Source of the DNA: an uncultured Poribacteria bacterium
Lineage (GTDB): Bacteria > Poribacteria > WGA-4E > WGA-3G
Length of the DNA: 64,000 nucleotides
Reading direction: 5' to 3'
Assembly: GCA_958296135.2 (NCBI GenBank)
Contig: CATQHZ020000001.1
Span: 2,912,001-2,976,000, forward strand
The notes beneath the pieces were generated by a model. The model ran no database searches, had not been told where the DNA came from, and saw nothing but the letters and a program-made list of their open reading frames with translations. Of this stretch, positions 18,410 through 29,690 are shown one piece after another (the first letter of the stretch is position 1; each line of letters starts with the position of its first letter). Both the position numbers and the translations under genes were made by a program.

Positions 18410-19450
18410 CCGCGCTGCGGTGCAAAGGCCTCTTCATCCGTAGGTTGAGGGCCTGTCCCTCAACAGGCATCGATTCGGCTAACGGCCCTCGCGCGACGGT
18501 GATAAGAAGCGTTCCTTGTACCGTAGGTTGAGGGCCTGTCCCTCAACAGGCATCGATTCGGCGGGGCGGTGCATCGCGAGGCACAAGACCTCGCGCGACG
18601 GTGATAAGAAGCGTTCCTTGTACCGTAGGTTGAGGGCCTGTCCCTCAACAGGCATCGATTCGGCTAACGTCCCTCGCGCGACGGTGATAAGAAGCGTTCC
18701 TTGTACCGTAGGTTGAGGGCCTGTCCCTCAACAGGCATCGATTCGGCGGGCGGTGGATCGCGAGGCACAGGTTGTCCCTCGCGCTGCGGTGCAAAGGCCC
18801 CTTCATCCGTAGGTTGAGGGCCTGTCCCTCAACAGGCATCGATTCGGCGGGGCGGTGGCATCGCGAGGCACAGGTTGTCCCTCGCGCGACGGTGATAAGA
18901 ACCGTTCCTTGTACCGTAGGTTGAGGGCCTGTCCCTCAACAGGCATCAATTCGGCTAACGGCCCTCGCGCGACGGTGATAAGAAGCGTTCCTTGTACCGT
19001 AGGTTGAGGGCCTGTCCCTCAACAGGCATCGATTTGGCTAACGGCCCTCGCGCGACGGTAGAATGGGCGGTTTTGAGGGGTCGGTGCATCGCGAGGCACA
19101 GGACCTCGCGCTACGGTGCAAAGGCCCCTTCATCCGTAGGTTGAGGGCCTGTCCCTCAACAGGCATCGTTCGGCGGGGCGGCCCTCGCGCGACGGTAGAA
19201 TGGGCGGGTTTGAGGGGTTGGTGCATCGCGAGGCACAGGACCTCGCGCTACGGTGCGGGCAGGCTGCTCCGTAGGTTGAGGGCCTGTCCCTCAACAGGCA
19301 TCGATTCGGCGTGACGGCCCTCGCGCTACGGTGGGAGAAGGCGGTTTTGAGGGGTCGGTGCCTCGCGAGGGACAGGCCCTCGCGCTACGGTAGAAGGGGC
19401 GGGTTTGTTAGGCGTTGCTTCGCGAGGCACAGGACCTCGCCCTACGGTGA
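18410..19450. repeat. REP array with the locus-specific GTTGAGGG/CCCTCAAC stem variant (9 copies) alternating with inverted family A REPs
   Basis: CCGTAGGTTGAGGGCCTGTCCCTCAACAGGCATC repeated nine times; the linkers are themselves repeated. Confidence 0.92.
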
Positions 19451-19505
19451 GAGCGGGCGGGCGGATTTCTATATCCGCCTGCTCCCATGAAATTGAGGAA
19501 CCATT

Positions 19506-20528
19506 ATGTCAAAAAACATTTATCGCGTTGGGCTTGTCGGCACAGGCGGCATCGCCCGGGCGCACGGCAAGGCATGCCAACTCGCAGAAAGTGCCGAATT
19601 GGCGGCCGTCTGCGATGTGTCAGAGACAGCATTAACCCGTTTCGGCGAGCAGTTTGAAGTGAGTCCTGAAAACCGCTACCTCTCGTTAGATGAGATGTTG
19701 GCGACTGAAAATTTGGATGTCGCGATTATCTGCACGTGGGGTGCTTATCACGCCGAGACAGGCATCCAAATCGCCGAGTCCCGTCAGGTCCGGGCGATTT
19801 TGTGCGAGAAGCCGTTCACGTCAACGGCGGCGGAGGCAGAGGCGTTCGTCGGCGCGGCGCGGGAGAACGGCGTGCTTGTCGCCGAGGCGTTCAAGTTTCG
19901 GCATCATCCGATGCATCTCAAGGCGAAGGCACTCATTGATTCGGGTGCAATCGGTGAATTCCTGACGTTGCGCAGCACGTTCTGCACCGGCGGTGGCGGC
20001 GGTGGTCCGGAGACGCGCCGCCCAGAGGCGAATTGGCGGTTCAACAAAGCGAAAGGCGGCGGCAGTATCTATGACCTGGGTTGTTACTGTATTCACCATG
20101 CGCGCTTCATGTTCGATGCCGAACCGATCCGGGTCTCGGGCGCGTCACAGGCTGGTTTAGAAGTAGACGACGCGGCGTATCTGCTGCTCGTCTTCCCCGG
20201 CAACCGAACAGCGCAGATCTCTGTCGGGTTCAATTGTGCCGGTGGGCAATACGCGGAGATGTCTGGCACGGGCGGTATGTGTCGCCTCGACCGGGTGTGG
20301 AACAACGAGGATTCGCCTGTTAACATTGAGCTCACTACGCGGGGTGGCCGCGAGGTGATTGATATTGAGCCGTGCTTCCAGTTTGCGTTGCAGCTGGAGC
20401 ATCTCTGTGAGTGTTTAGCGACGGGGAAGCCGCACCGGATTTCGCCGGAGAGTTGCGTCAATCAGATGCGCGTCATCGATGCTGCTTTTGAAGCGATGGC
20501 GACGGGGAGAACGGTGGAATTACGGTAG
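19506..20528 (+). CDS. Gfo/Idh/MocA-family oxidoreductase
   Basis: GTGGIA, ILCEKP and GGSIYDLGCYCI motifs; GAGGA SD. Confidence 0.92.
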   Translation: MSKNIYRVGLVGTGGIARAHGKACQLAESAELAAVCDVSETALTRFGEQFEVSPENRYLSLDEMLATENLDVAIICTWGAYHAETGIQIAESRQVRAILCEKPFTSTAAEAEAFVGAARENGVLVAEAFKFRHHPMHLKAKALIDSGAIGEFLTLRSTFCTGGGGGGPETRRPEANWRFNKAKGGGSIYDLGCYCIHHARFMFDAEPIRVSGASQAGLEVDDAAYLLLVFPGNRTAQISVGFNCAGGQYAEMSGTGGMCRLDRVWNNEDSPVNIELTTRGGREVIDIEPCFQFALQLEHLCECLATGKPHRISPESCVNQMRVIDAAFEAMATGRTVELR

Positions 20529-21525
20529 AAGGGGCCCCTTAGTCCGTAGGGCGCGGTCCTGTGCCGCGCCATGCCGCGGTCTATCAAGAGGGCTCGCGAG
20601 GGACAGGTTCTTGCGCGATGTGAAAAGGTGCCTTTCTTGTCGCGTGAACGATCGCGAGGGACAGGCCCTCGCGCTACGGTTCAAAGGGGCCGTCGGTGAA
20701 AAGGGCCCCTTAGTCCGTAGGGCGCGGTCCTGTGCCGCGCCATGCCGCGGTCTATCAAAAGGCTTCGCGAGGCACAAGACCTCGCGCGACGGTGAAAGGG
20801 GCCGGTTTGTGTGGTCGAGAGATCGCGAGGCACAAGACCTCGCGCTACGGTAGAAGGGGCCCCTTAGTCCGTAGGGCGCGGTCCTGTGCCGCGCCATGCT
20901 GCGGTCTATCAAGAGGGCTCGCGAGGGACAGGTTCTTGCGCGATGGTGAAAAGGGGCCTTTCTTGTCGCGTGAACGATCGCGAGGGGAACCCTCGGCGAT
21001 TAGCGATCGCCGGGCCCTCGCGCTACGGTTCAAAGGGGCCTTCGGTGAAGGCCCCTTAGTCCGTAGGGCGCGGTCCTGTGCCGCGCCATGCATTGGTCTA
21101 TCAAGGGGGCTTCGCGAGGCACAAGACCTCGCGCTACGGTGAAAGGGGCCGGTTTGTGTGGGCGAACGATCGCGAGGGACAGGTTCTTGCGCGATGTGAA
21201 AAGGTGCCTTTCTTGTCGCGTGAACGATCGCGAGGGACAGGCCCTCGCGCTACGGTTAAAAGGGGCCGTCGGTGAAAAGGGCCCCTTCGTCCGTAGGGCG
21301 AGGGCCTGTGCCGCGCCATGCCGCGGTCTATCAAGAAGGATCGCGAGGGACAGGCCCTCGCGCTACGGTTCAAAGGGGCCCTCGGTGAAAAGGGCCCCTT
21401 AGTCCGTAGGGCGCGGGCCTGTGCCGCGCCATGCCGCGGTCTATCAAAAGGCTTCGCGAGGCACAAGCCCTCGCGCTACGGTGAAAGGGGCCGGTTTTGA
21501 GGGGCACAAGACCGCGCCCGACGGG
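20521..21525. repeat. Large BIME-like REP array, family A
   Basis: Alternating CCGTAGGGCGCGGTCCTGTGCCGCGCC and inverted CGCGAGG(G/C)ACA(G/A)G..CTCGCGCTACGG with AAGGGGCC linkers. Confidence 0.92.
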
Positions 21526-21626
21526 AAAACAGATTTTTAATTCGACAAAAACGCGAAAATAGGGTACTATATAAACAATGTTTTATTTTGCTCTCATTTT
21601 CACGCCGAAACAATGAGGAAAAACTC

Positions 21627-24600
21627 ATGAAATATCTATCGACTCTCACCCTAGCGGCACCCATTGGCCGCTTGAAGACTGCTGTCACCGCGTTGCTGCC
21701 AAAGCTGTGCGCGTTTGCGCGTTGCGGTGCCGACTTCACCCGATTTACCCCCCCCTTGCTCTACGTCCGTTAACCTATGAGCCGCACAGCGGGAAGACGC
21801 ACGGCGGCACGGACACGCCACGCTTCCCGCGAAACCGACACGTTTTCACGGGGAGCCTGCTGCTTTGGTTCGCCCTGCTCACATTGTTTGCACTCCCGAT
21901 GGAGACAGCGGCGCAATCCTGGTCCTTCAAAATCAATTGGATCCGGGTCTATAAAAATCCGAAGACCACGCCTTACGCTACGCTGCGAGCACAAAAGAAG
22001 GTGCTCGGTAGAACGGTGTGGGGAAGGAATCCGTCTGGCAGACGTTACAATTCTTTCCCGTTCCCTCACGTTATCAATCCGGGTGACGGTTTTGCCGGAA
22101 AGAACGCGCCGCTTCTTCCTTCTCTGCATGTGGATGGGGAGAGTGAGCCTAGTTATGAGGATGTGCTTAACGATAAGGTGTTGGACCTGGATACCCTTTT
22201 CTGGGTGGATTTCGATCCGTATGAGGGCTCCCTATTTGATACCGGTGCCAACAGTGGGCTTGTCACCGCCACGGAAAACACCGTGGTGCGCCCTGGGGAT
22301 CTAGTCGCGATTGCGGTGAACATCGAGACATCGGAAAGTCGTGGTAGCGTAGAACCAGACATGGTACTCATGAAGGGCAAGCCGGAAGAGATGCGCCTCA
22401 ACCCCAACTATCCGCTGAATCACTATCTGAAGTTTAACGGTGACCCCAGCGACCCTCTCAATGATTTGGAGCGTTACATAGACCCGGATCCCGAGAATCC
22501 TGAGCTCAACGCCCATCAGGATGGGGGCGACTTCGGCAACCTCAGACTCGATAATGACTACCTCTTGGAATACATCGCCGACGTTGGAGACTATCGGGAT
22601 ACCCCCAGGCATACGCTCGTCTACCAGTTTCGGGTGGAAGCGAAGCATGTCGCGCTGAATGCAGAAGGCACTTGGATGAAAGGCGGACCCGAGAACGTGA
22701 ATCCGTTTAATGTCCTCTGGTCTCCTCCTGATAATTTTGATATATGGGCCCCCGCCACCACTGAATACGGACTCGGCACCGCCTGCAATACCGCAGCCCC
22801 GGATATTGCGGATGAACCCATCAATGATCCTTGCCGGCCCACGTTTGACACCACCGATGCCGGGAAGGGGGGCCCTGTCTATTATCCGCGGATAGGTGAC
22901 TACGAGGCGATGGCAGACATAGTTGATGTCCCCACGGAGCCCCAGACGGGGCCGTTTGCCGTGACGCTGCGCTTCTATGAGGACTACGGTGACTACGGGC
23001 GCGCGTATGTGCCCCATGAAAGGAGTGATGCCTTTTTGGCGGCGTTTCAAACCAAACTGGCAGCCGGCGTGCCGCAAGGCACGGTGACTGATATTGAGCC
23101 ACTGAGCGTTCAGTTCTCGGCGAATGGGCAGCGGCAGGAGTATACCCGCTACAAAGTCACCATTACCCCGGGCTTAGGGCTCAGCGAGATGACACTCCAG
23201 GTGCCGGCGGAGACGGTGGCTGATATTCTCGGGCGGGGCAATCAGGCCTCACCCCGCGTCACGGTGCCGGTAGATACGGCGCTGCGTCTGGTTGCGGGGC
23301 AACAAGCGGCGATTGTTCCCTCCGAATCCGGCGCGTATCTCAGCGGCGATGAGATAGAGGTGCAAGTGCCGTTTGCGGCATCGGGTCTGACGTATACGGG
23401 TGACAACCCGCCGTATGTGACGATATATCTGGGTGAGCGGGTAGCGGCGCATGCGCGGCATGCTGTGTGGCAGCGAGGCGAGGAGCGTTCAGGTTCCACG
23501 ATAGTGCCGTTCGTGTATACGGTGCACGTAGGAGATCCGGTAGTCGCATCGGTGAGCGTAGACATCAACAGTTTGTCGATTCCAGCCGGGACGACGCTAG
23601 TGAGTGCGTCGGGTTTTGAGCGTCGCGGTACAGCCGCGCCGGCTGTCATTTCAGGTGAGGTTGCGCCGGTATCGGCTGCGTCGGATGTGCCGGTTGTTGA
23701 AATCGTCAACGCGGCGGGTGAGCGGCCATCGGCACTGACAGCCGAGGTGTCGGTGGTACCGGTGGTGCCGGTGGTGGTAGAGGAGACAGCACCGAAGGCA
23801 GCTGCGTCGGATGTGCCGCGCAGTCCGCTGGTTTTCAATGAACTCGGCAATGGCAGCGGTGCGGCAAATGACTGGCTGGAATTGCGGAATGTCACGGGCG
23901 CGGCTGTCTCCCTGAAAGACTATGAGCTCAGCGTCGTGCAAGATGACAAAAAGGAAGATACGTCGCTGCTTGTTTTCGCGGATGTGAGCGTGCCGGCAAA
24001 CGGCCTGCTGTTGGTAACAAACAGCGCGCCAGAGAAAACGCCGCTGGCAGGTGGTGCCAAGAAAGGGTTGTCGCATGCGTTTTTGGTGGATGCAGGGCTC
24101 TCGCTGCCGGATGATGGGAAGTTCCTGTTGATTCTGCGAAACGCCAAGGAGAAACTTGGCATGAACGCGGCGTTCGTGGATGTCGCCGGTGGCGGTGGCA
24201 GTGACACGGATGCGTTCGTTCGCGAGCAGACGGGCGACTACGATACGCACGTCTGGCCGTTGCAAGTGCTACAAGCTCCCGGTGGTGATACGGAAGACGC
24301 GCTGAGTTCGGGCAAAGTGTGGCAGCGCGCGAAAGCGGATATCGTTGGGTATCACAAAGATGCATGGGCAGCAGCGGCGTTCACCGGTATCGGCTATGAT
24401 AGGAAGGTGACGAAGTCTGCTGCCACCGCTGGCACGCCGGGGTATCCGAATGGTGCCGTGAAAACGGCAGCAGCTACGCCGAAGGGCAGTATCACCATCA
24501 GCGAAGTGATGTTTGATTCGGGTGGTGGCACGCTGCCGCAGTGGATAGAACTCTATAATGCCTCGAAAACGGAGGCACTGAATCTGAACCGGTGGCAATT

Positions 24601-25480
24601 GGAGTTCCAGAACGTCGATTCGGAAGATTTGGTAGGCAGACCTATTGTGGCGTTGACGTTGCAAGAGAAGGTGATTCAACCGAATCAGACGCTGCTCATC
24701 GTTGCGGGCCCTGCGCGTGCCTCGTCGGCGGATGTTTTCCCGGCCGATAGGGTTTACAACCTATTGGCATTGCATCAGAGGAATCTGCGCATCAAGACTG
24801 CGCGGGATACGTTCCTGAGCGCGGAAGGCTTCTATCTGAAACTTACCGATAGCAACGGTAACCTCGTAGACGAAGTCGGCAACACCGATGGCAATCGTCG
24901 GACGAAGGATGCGCCGGCGTGGGCGTTACCGGTGAGTGGCGAGGCAGGCGTTCGGAGTTCGCTCATCCGCCGTTACAAGGATAACGTGGCGCGAGATGGG
25001 AAGGAGAAGGCCAGCTGGGTCTTGTCTGCGAACGTCCGGCAGGTTGCCACGGGCGAACTCCATTATGGGCATGCTGACGATATCGGCACGCCGGGGTATC
25101 GGAAAGGCGGTGCGTTGCCGGTGGAGTTATCAAGTTTCACCGTGTCTCGCACGGAGGCCGGCGCGGTTGTCGTGACATGGACGACGGAGTCTGAGGTGGA
25201 TAACGCCGGGTTTAATCTGCGTCGGAGCGAGCGGCGCGATAGTGGATTTACGCTGCTGAATGCTGCGCTGATTGCGGGTGCTGGCACGACGGGTGAACGG
25301 CAAACGTATACGTTTACGGATACGTCGGCGAAGCCGGGTGTTGCGTATTACTATCAAATCGAGGAAGTGGCGTTTGATGGGCGGCCGCAGACGTTAGTGA
25401 CGCGTCGGTTGCGGGGCCCTGTGTCTGCGGCGCATCGGCAGTTGACGACGTTCGGTGCTGTTAAGCGGCGGGCGAAATAA
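21627..25480 (+). CDS. Large secreted lamin-tail-domain / Ig-like surface protein; 5' leader out of frame at a C8 tract
   Basis: SD+ATG at 21627 in a different frame from the 21707-25480 ORF; signal-like LLLWFALLTLFALPMETAAQ; LTD motifs VFNELG..DWLELRN and ITISEVM..QWIELYN; C-terminal LPVELSSF..WTTESEVDNAGF. Confidence 0.8.
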
Positions 25481-25519
25481 ACGGTGGGCGGGGGAAACTT
25501 GTGCCTCGCTGTGCATCGG

Positions 25520-26295
25520 TTAAAAGGCCCCTCGTCCGTAGGGCGCGGTCCTGTGCCGCGCCGTGCATGGCGCGAACGATCTCTGGCGCGATGGTAAAAA
25601 GGGGCCTTTCTTGTCGCGTGGACGATCGCGGCGGACAGGCCGCCGCGCTACGGTGAAAAGGGGCCGTCGGTGAAAATGCGCCTTAGTCCGTCGAGGTCCT
25701 GTGCCGCGCCATGCCTCGGGCTGTCAAGGGGCTTCGCGAGGAACAGGTTTTCCCGCGCGCGATAGTGAAAGGCTGCGGGTTCGTGTGGATCGAACGATCG
25801 CGGCGGACAGGCCGCCGCGCTACGGTGAAAAGGGGCCGCCGGTGAAAATGCGCCTGGGTCCGTAGGGCGCGGTCCTGTGCCGCGCCGTGCGGCGGTCTGC
25901 ACAGAAGATGGCCGAAGCCCCGGGGCTTCGGGCGTTTTTGGTGTGGGTCGAGAGATCGCGAGGGACAGGCCCTCGCGCTACGGTGAAAAGGGGCCGTCGG
26001 TGAAAAAGCCCCTTCGTCCGTAGGGCGGGGTCCTGTGCCGCGCCATGCATCGGGCTGTCAAGGGGCTTCGCGAGGGAAACCCTCGGCGATTAGTGATCGC
26101 CGGGCCCTCGCGCTACGGTGAAAAGGGGCCGTCGGTGAAAAAGCCCCTTCGTCCGTAGGGCGCGGTCCTGTGCTGCGCCATGCCGCGGTCTATCAAAAGA
26201 TCGCGAGGCACAGGACCTCGCGCTACGGTACAAGGAGCGGTTCTTTGCGCTGCCGTGCTCGATGCATGGCGAGCGGAACCCTCACCCTACGGGAA
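25520..26295. repeat. BIME-like REP array related to the 20.5-21.5 kb array
   Basis: Same REP pair and GGTGAAAAGGGGCCG linkers; includes a further covariant stem CGCGGCGG-ACAGG-CCGCCGCG. Confidence 0.9.
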
Positions 26296-26306
26296 CGCGG
26301 ACACGC

Positions 26307-26335
26307 TTGCAATGAATTCCAAATGTGGGTATAAT
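26307..26335 (+). promoter_or_regulatory. Sigma-70-type promoter
   Basis: TTGCAA-N17-TATAAT, 41 bp upstream of the HAD gene. Confidence 0.7.
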
Positions 26336-26376
26336 GTGCACACGTTATGAATTTTCTCCACGAAGGATGAAAAACG

Positions 26377-27090
26377 ATGACTGACTTTTCTGGCACTAAA
26401 GCCCTTACCTTTGACCTGTTTGGCACCATTCTCGATCTTGGTGGGAGTCTGATGCCCTTCATTGCGGAATCGCTGGAAGAACGCGGCGCTGAGGTATCGG
26501 CAGATAGTTTTTGGGAGCAGTGGCGATACCGACAACGCATTGAACAGTATCAAGATACGATGACGATGCTGGGACATAGCGGCTATCTGGAGACGGTTCG
26601 GCGCGCGTTGCACTACACTTTGCGCCGCAACGGCATCGATGCCGCTGATGAGACATTAGCAGCGTTTATGGCGGCATGGGAATACCTCTCGCCGTTTCCA
26701 GAGGTGCTGTCGGCACTGGGATGTCTGCAGGCCGACTATCGGTTGGTGGTGCTATCCAACGGCGACCCGGGTTTTTTAGACACCCTCGTTACCGAGCGCG
26801 TCAATTGGGATTTTGACGATGTGATTTCGGTGACAGGTTTTGGGGCGTTCAAACCGCATCCGGCAGTCTACCGTGGGGCGGCGGGAGTATTGGGGCTTGA
26901 GGTGAACGAGTGTCTCATGGTATCGGCGAATTCGTTTGACATTATGGGTGCGCGGGCGTGCGGGTATCGCGGCGCGTTTGTCAATCGCTACAAGTTGCCG
27001 TATGAGGATACGCCTTATCAACCGGATGTGACGGTGGGCGATTTTACGGAATTGGCGGCGGCGTTGGAGAAGAGTGAGTCTGGTTCGTAG
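26377..27090 (+). CDS. Haloacid dehalogenase type II (HAD superfamily)
   Basis: FDLFGTILD, LSNG, FKPHPAVY and VSANSFDIMGA motifs. Confidence 0.9.
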   Translation: MTDFSGTKALTFDLFGTILDLGGSLMPFIAESLEERGAEVSADSFWEQWRYRQRIEQYQDTMTMLGHSGYLETVRRALHYTLRRNGIDAADETLAAFMAAWEYLSPFPEVLSALGCLQADYRLVVLSNGDPGFLDTLVTERVNWDFDDVISVTGFGAFKPHPAVYRGAAGVLGLEVNECLMVSANSFDIMGARACGYRGAFVNRYKLPYEDTPYQPDVTVGDFTELAAALEKSESGS

Positions 27091-27192
27091 TGGGAAAGCG
27101 CGCGGGCGGGTGCATCGGGACAAGGATGTCCCTCCTACCCGGATGCATCGCTCGCGTTGGACAGGGCCCCGCGAGCGATGGGGCCGCGGTGG

Positions 27193-29526
27193 TTATTTTC
27201 GGATGAGCATTTTCCTTGTGGCGGTGAACTGCCCTGCAGCGAGGGTGTAGAAATACATGCCACTCGCGACCGGTTCCCCGCCTTCATTTTTTCCATCCCA
27301 ATAGGCGGCTTGGTGCTGCAGCCGATAGCTGCCCGCGTGCTGATATCCGAGTGCGAGTGTGCGGATGCATTGCCCTGTTGGTGCGTAGATTCGCACAGTC
27401 ACGGTTGCGGGTTCAGCCAATTGATAAGGTATCCACGTTTCTGGGTTGAACGGATTGGGATAGTTGGGCAGGAGTGCAGTCTCTTTAATCTTCTCAGAAT
27501 CAATCGGCGACGCTGCCGTTGTAGGAGGAGCGGCGGTTATTGCGAGTGGCTCTTGCAAGTGGTGTGATACATCCCACAAGAACATCGTGCCATCGTAACT
27601 TCCACTGGCGAGCGTGCGTCCGTCGGGAGAATAGACTAACTCAGAAATATCGTCCGTGTGCCCTGTGAATGTCTGGACATTTTGTCCGGTGTCCAGTTCC
27701 CACAAGCGGATGGTTTTGTCGCGACTCCCACTGGCGAGCATGCGCCCGTCGGGCGAGTAGGCTACCGCGGACACATAATGCCTATGCTCTGTGAAGTCGT
27801 GCCGGATTTCTCCGGTTTGCGCGTCCCAGATGCGAACGCCGTCCCAGCCACCGCCGGCAAGTGTGCTGCCATCCGGCGAGTATGCACTTGCTGATAGCCA
27901 TGCATCCCATCTAAAAATGTATTTGAGCGTGCCGCTCTTGAGATGCCAGGTGACGATTTCTTCTGGTTTGCTACCAACAAGTGTGCTGCTATCCGGCGAA
28001 TACTCGAGGCCTCCTGCCCACTCTGTAGGCACAGCGAGCGTCTGCAGGAGCTGCTGCGTTTCGACATCCCACACGCGAATTTCTTCACTATTTCCGCTTG
28101 CCAATGTTCTACCATCAGGAGAATAGGCTAAGGAGAAAACATATCTGGTGTGCGCGAGGAGGGTTTGTTGCAGGAACTGCCCTGTTTCAATGTCCCAGAA
28201 CCTCAGCGCGCCATCCTTATTACCACTTGCAAGCGTTCGTCCATCGGGGGAATAATGAAAAAAAGTGACATGCTGCGTGGGCCCGGCGAGGGTGTGCAGG
28301 CGTTGTCCCGTTTCAGCGTCCCAGACGCGAATGGGGCCGTTCCAATACTCCCGCGTCACAAGTGTGTTACTCTCCGGAGAATACGCCAACAGTTCCAATT
28401 CACCCGTTAGCGTTTTTTTATGCTTGGCCGTGGTGGCGTTCCACAAATTCACCCTCTTCCAACTCGCGCTAACAAGTGTGCCGCCATCAGCAGAATAAGT
28501 TAACACAAAAATTCGCCCGGTATGCCGCGTGAAGATGCCTTTATATTGCCGAGTGTCAGCGTCCCAGAAGTGAATCTCTGTTTGACTTGCACCGGCAAGC
28601 GTGCTTCCGTCGGGCGAATACGTTAACGAAGTGACACGTCCTTCGTGCTCGGTGAGCGTATCTATGTGTTCGCCGGTGTCAGTGTTCCACAAGCGAATTT
28701 CCTTCCAGCCTGCGTTGGCGAGTGTGTTGCTTTTGGGAGAATACGCTAACGGATAAACGCCCCGGTTCTCTTCCGCTGTAAGCACTTGCTTGTGTTCCCC
28801 TGTGTGAGCATCCCACAAGCGGATGGTATTATCCCAACCGGCACTAGCGAGCGTGCTGCCATCGGGAGAATACGCTAACGAAGGAATAGGTGCCTCATGT
28901 TCGGTGAGCGTTCGTAAGGGCTGCCCAGTCTTTGCGTCCCACAAACGGATAGTGTATTCAGGGTACTCCCCGCCTGAAGCAAGCGTCTGTCCATCAGGAG
29001 AGTAGACAAGCACTTCAACGTCCTGTTTATATGCCTTGATGGTTTGCATCAGTTGGCCAGAGGCCGCATCCCACAAACGAATCTGGCCAGACTGAGCTCC
29101 GCTCGCAAGCGTATCACCGTCGGGTGAATAGACTAATGTCGTGACACCTCCGCCGCTGCCGGCGAGTGTCTGTTTGTGTTCCCCTGTGTGTGCATCCCAC
29201 AAGCGGATAGTGTTATCCAGACTCCCGCTGGCAAGCGTGTTCCCATCAGGAGCATACGCGAGTGCAAGGAGTTCCCAGGTGTGCCCTATGAGCAGGTTGA
29301 TTGCTGTCTTAGTGGCCACGTCGTATATCCAGACTCCGTGACTACTTGCGACAGCTAACCGCGTGCCATCGGGGGAAAATTCGATGTCGTTAATGCGCCC
29401 TTTGCCCATGCGCGCAATGGCTCCTTCGGGCAAGTGCCATTGCGGGGTATGCTGCGCGAAGGTATGGGGTAGAAAGCAAACTGTGGCGACAAGGAGCGTT
29501 AACATCAAAAAGCGTTCCGTTTTCAT
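27193..29526 (-). CDS. Secreted WD40-repeat protein with FlgD/T9SS-like C-terminal domain
   Basis: Signal peptide; ~14 SPDG.TLAS..IRLWD repeats; C-terminal LLPNYPNPFNPETWIPYQL..TATRKMLIRK. Confidence 0.92.
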   Translation of the reverse strand: MKTERFLMLTLLVATVCFLPHTFAQHTPQWHLPEGAIARMGKGRINDIEFSPDGTRLAVASSHGVWIYDVATKTAINLLIGHTWELLALAYAPDGNTLASGSLDNTIRLWDAHTGEHKQTLAGSGGGVTTLVYSPDGDTLASGAQSGQIRLWDAASGQLMQTIKAYKQDVEVLVYSPDGQTLASGGEYPEYTIRLWDAKTGQPLRTLTEHEAPIPSLAYSPDGSTLASAGWDNTIRLWDAHTGEHKQVLTAEENRGVYPLAYSPKSNTLANAGWKEIRLWNTDTGEHIDTLTEHEGRVTSLTYSPDGSTLAGASQTEIHFWDADTRQYKGIFTRHTGRIFVLTYSADGGTLVSASWKRVNLWNATTAKHKKTLTGELELLAYSPESNTLVTREYWNGPIRVWDAETGQRLHTLAGPTQHVTFFHYSPDGRTLASGNKDGALRFWDIETGQFLQQTLLAHTRYVFSLAYSPDGRTLASGNSEEIRVWDVETQQLLQTLAVPTEWAGGLEYSPDSSTLVGSKPEEIVTWHLKSGTLKYIFRWDAWLSASAYSPDGSTLAGGGWDGVRIWDAQTGEIRHDFTEHRHYVSAVAYSPDGRMLASGSRDKTIRLWELDTGQNVQTFTGHTDDISELVYSPDGRTLASGSYDGTMFLWDVSHHLQEPLAITAAPPTTAASPIDSEKIKETALLPNYPNPFNPETWIPYQLAEPATVTVRIYAPTGQCIRTLALGYQHAGSYRLQHQAAYWDGKNEGGEPVASGMYFYTLAAGQFTATRKMLIRK

Positions 29527-29690
29527 GGTTGTGTCCTCCTAAGACCCAATTCACCTCTTTAGTTCGGGAGTGCCCTGCTTCGCAGGAAACCCGAACAGGT
29601 CAAACTCTGGCGGGCTGGTTTCCCTACAGTGGTTGGGGGCCGCGAACGCTCGCGGGGGACAGGGCCCCGCGAGCGATGGGGCCGCGGTGG

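Noticed and set aside
18410-19450. CRISPR-like array (nine palindromic ~40-bp repeats)
   Set aside because: The intervening sequences are repeated, uneven in length and contain inverted REPs; no cas genes are in the window
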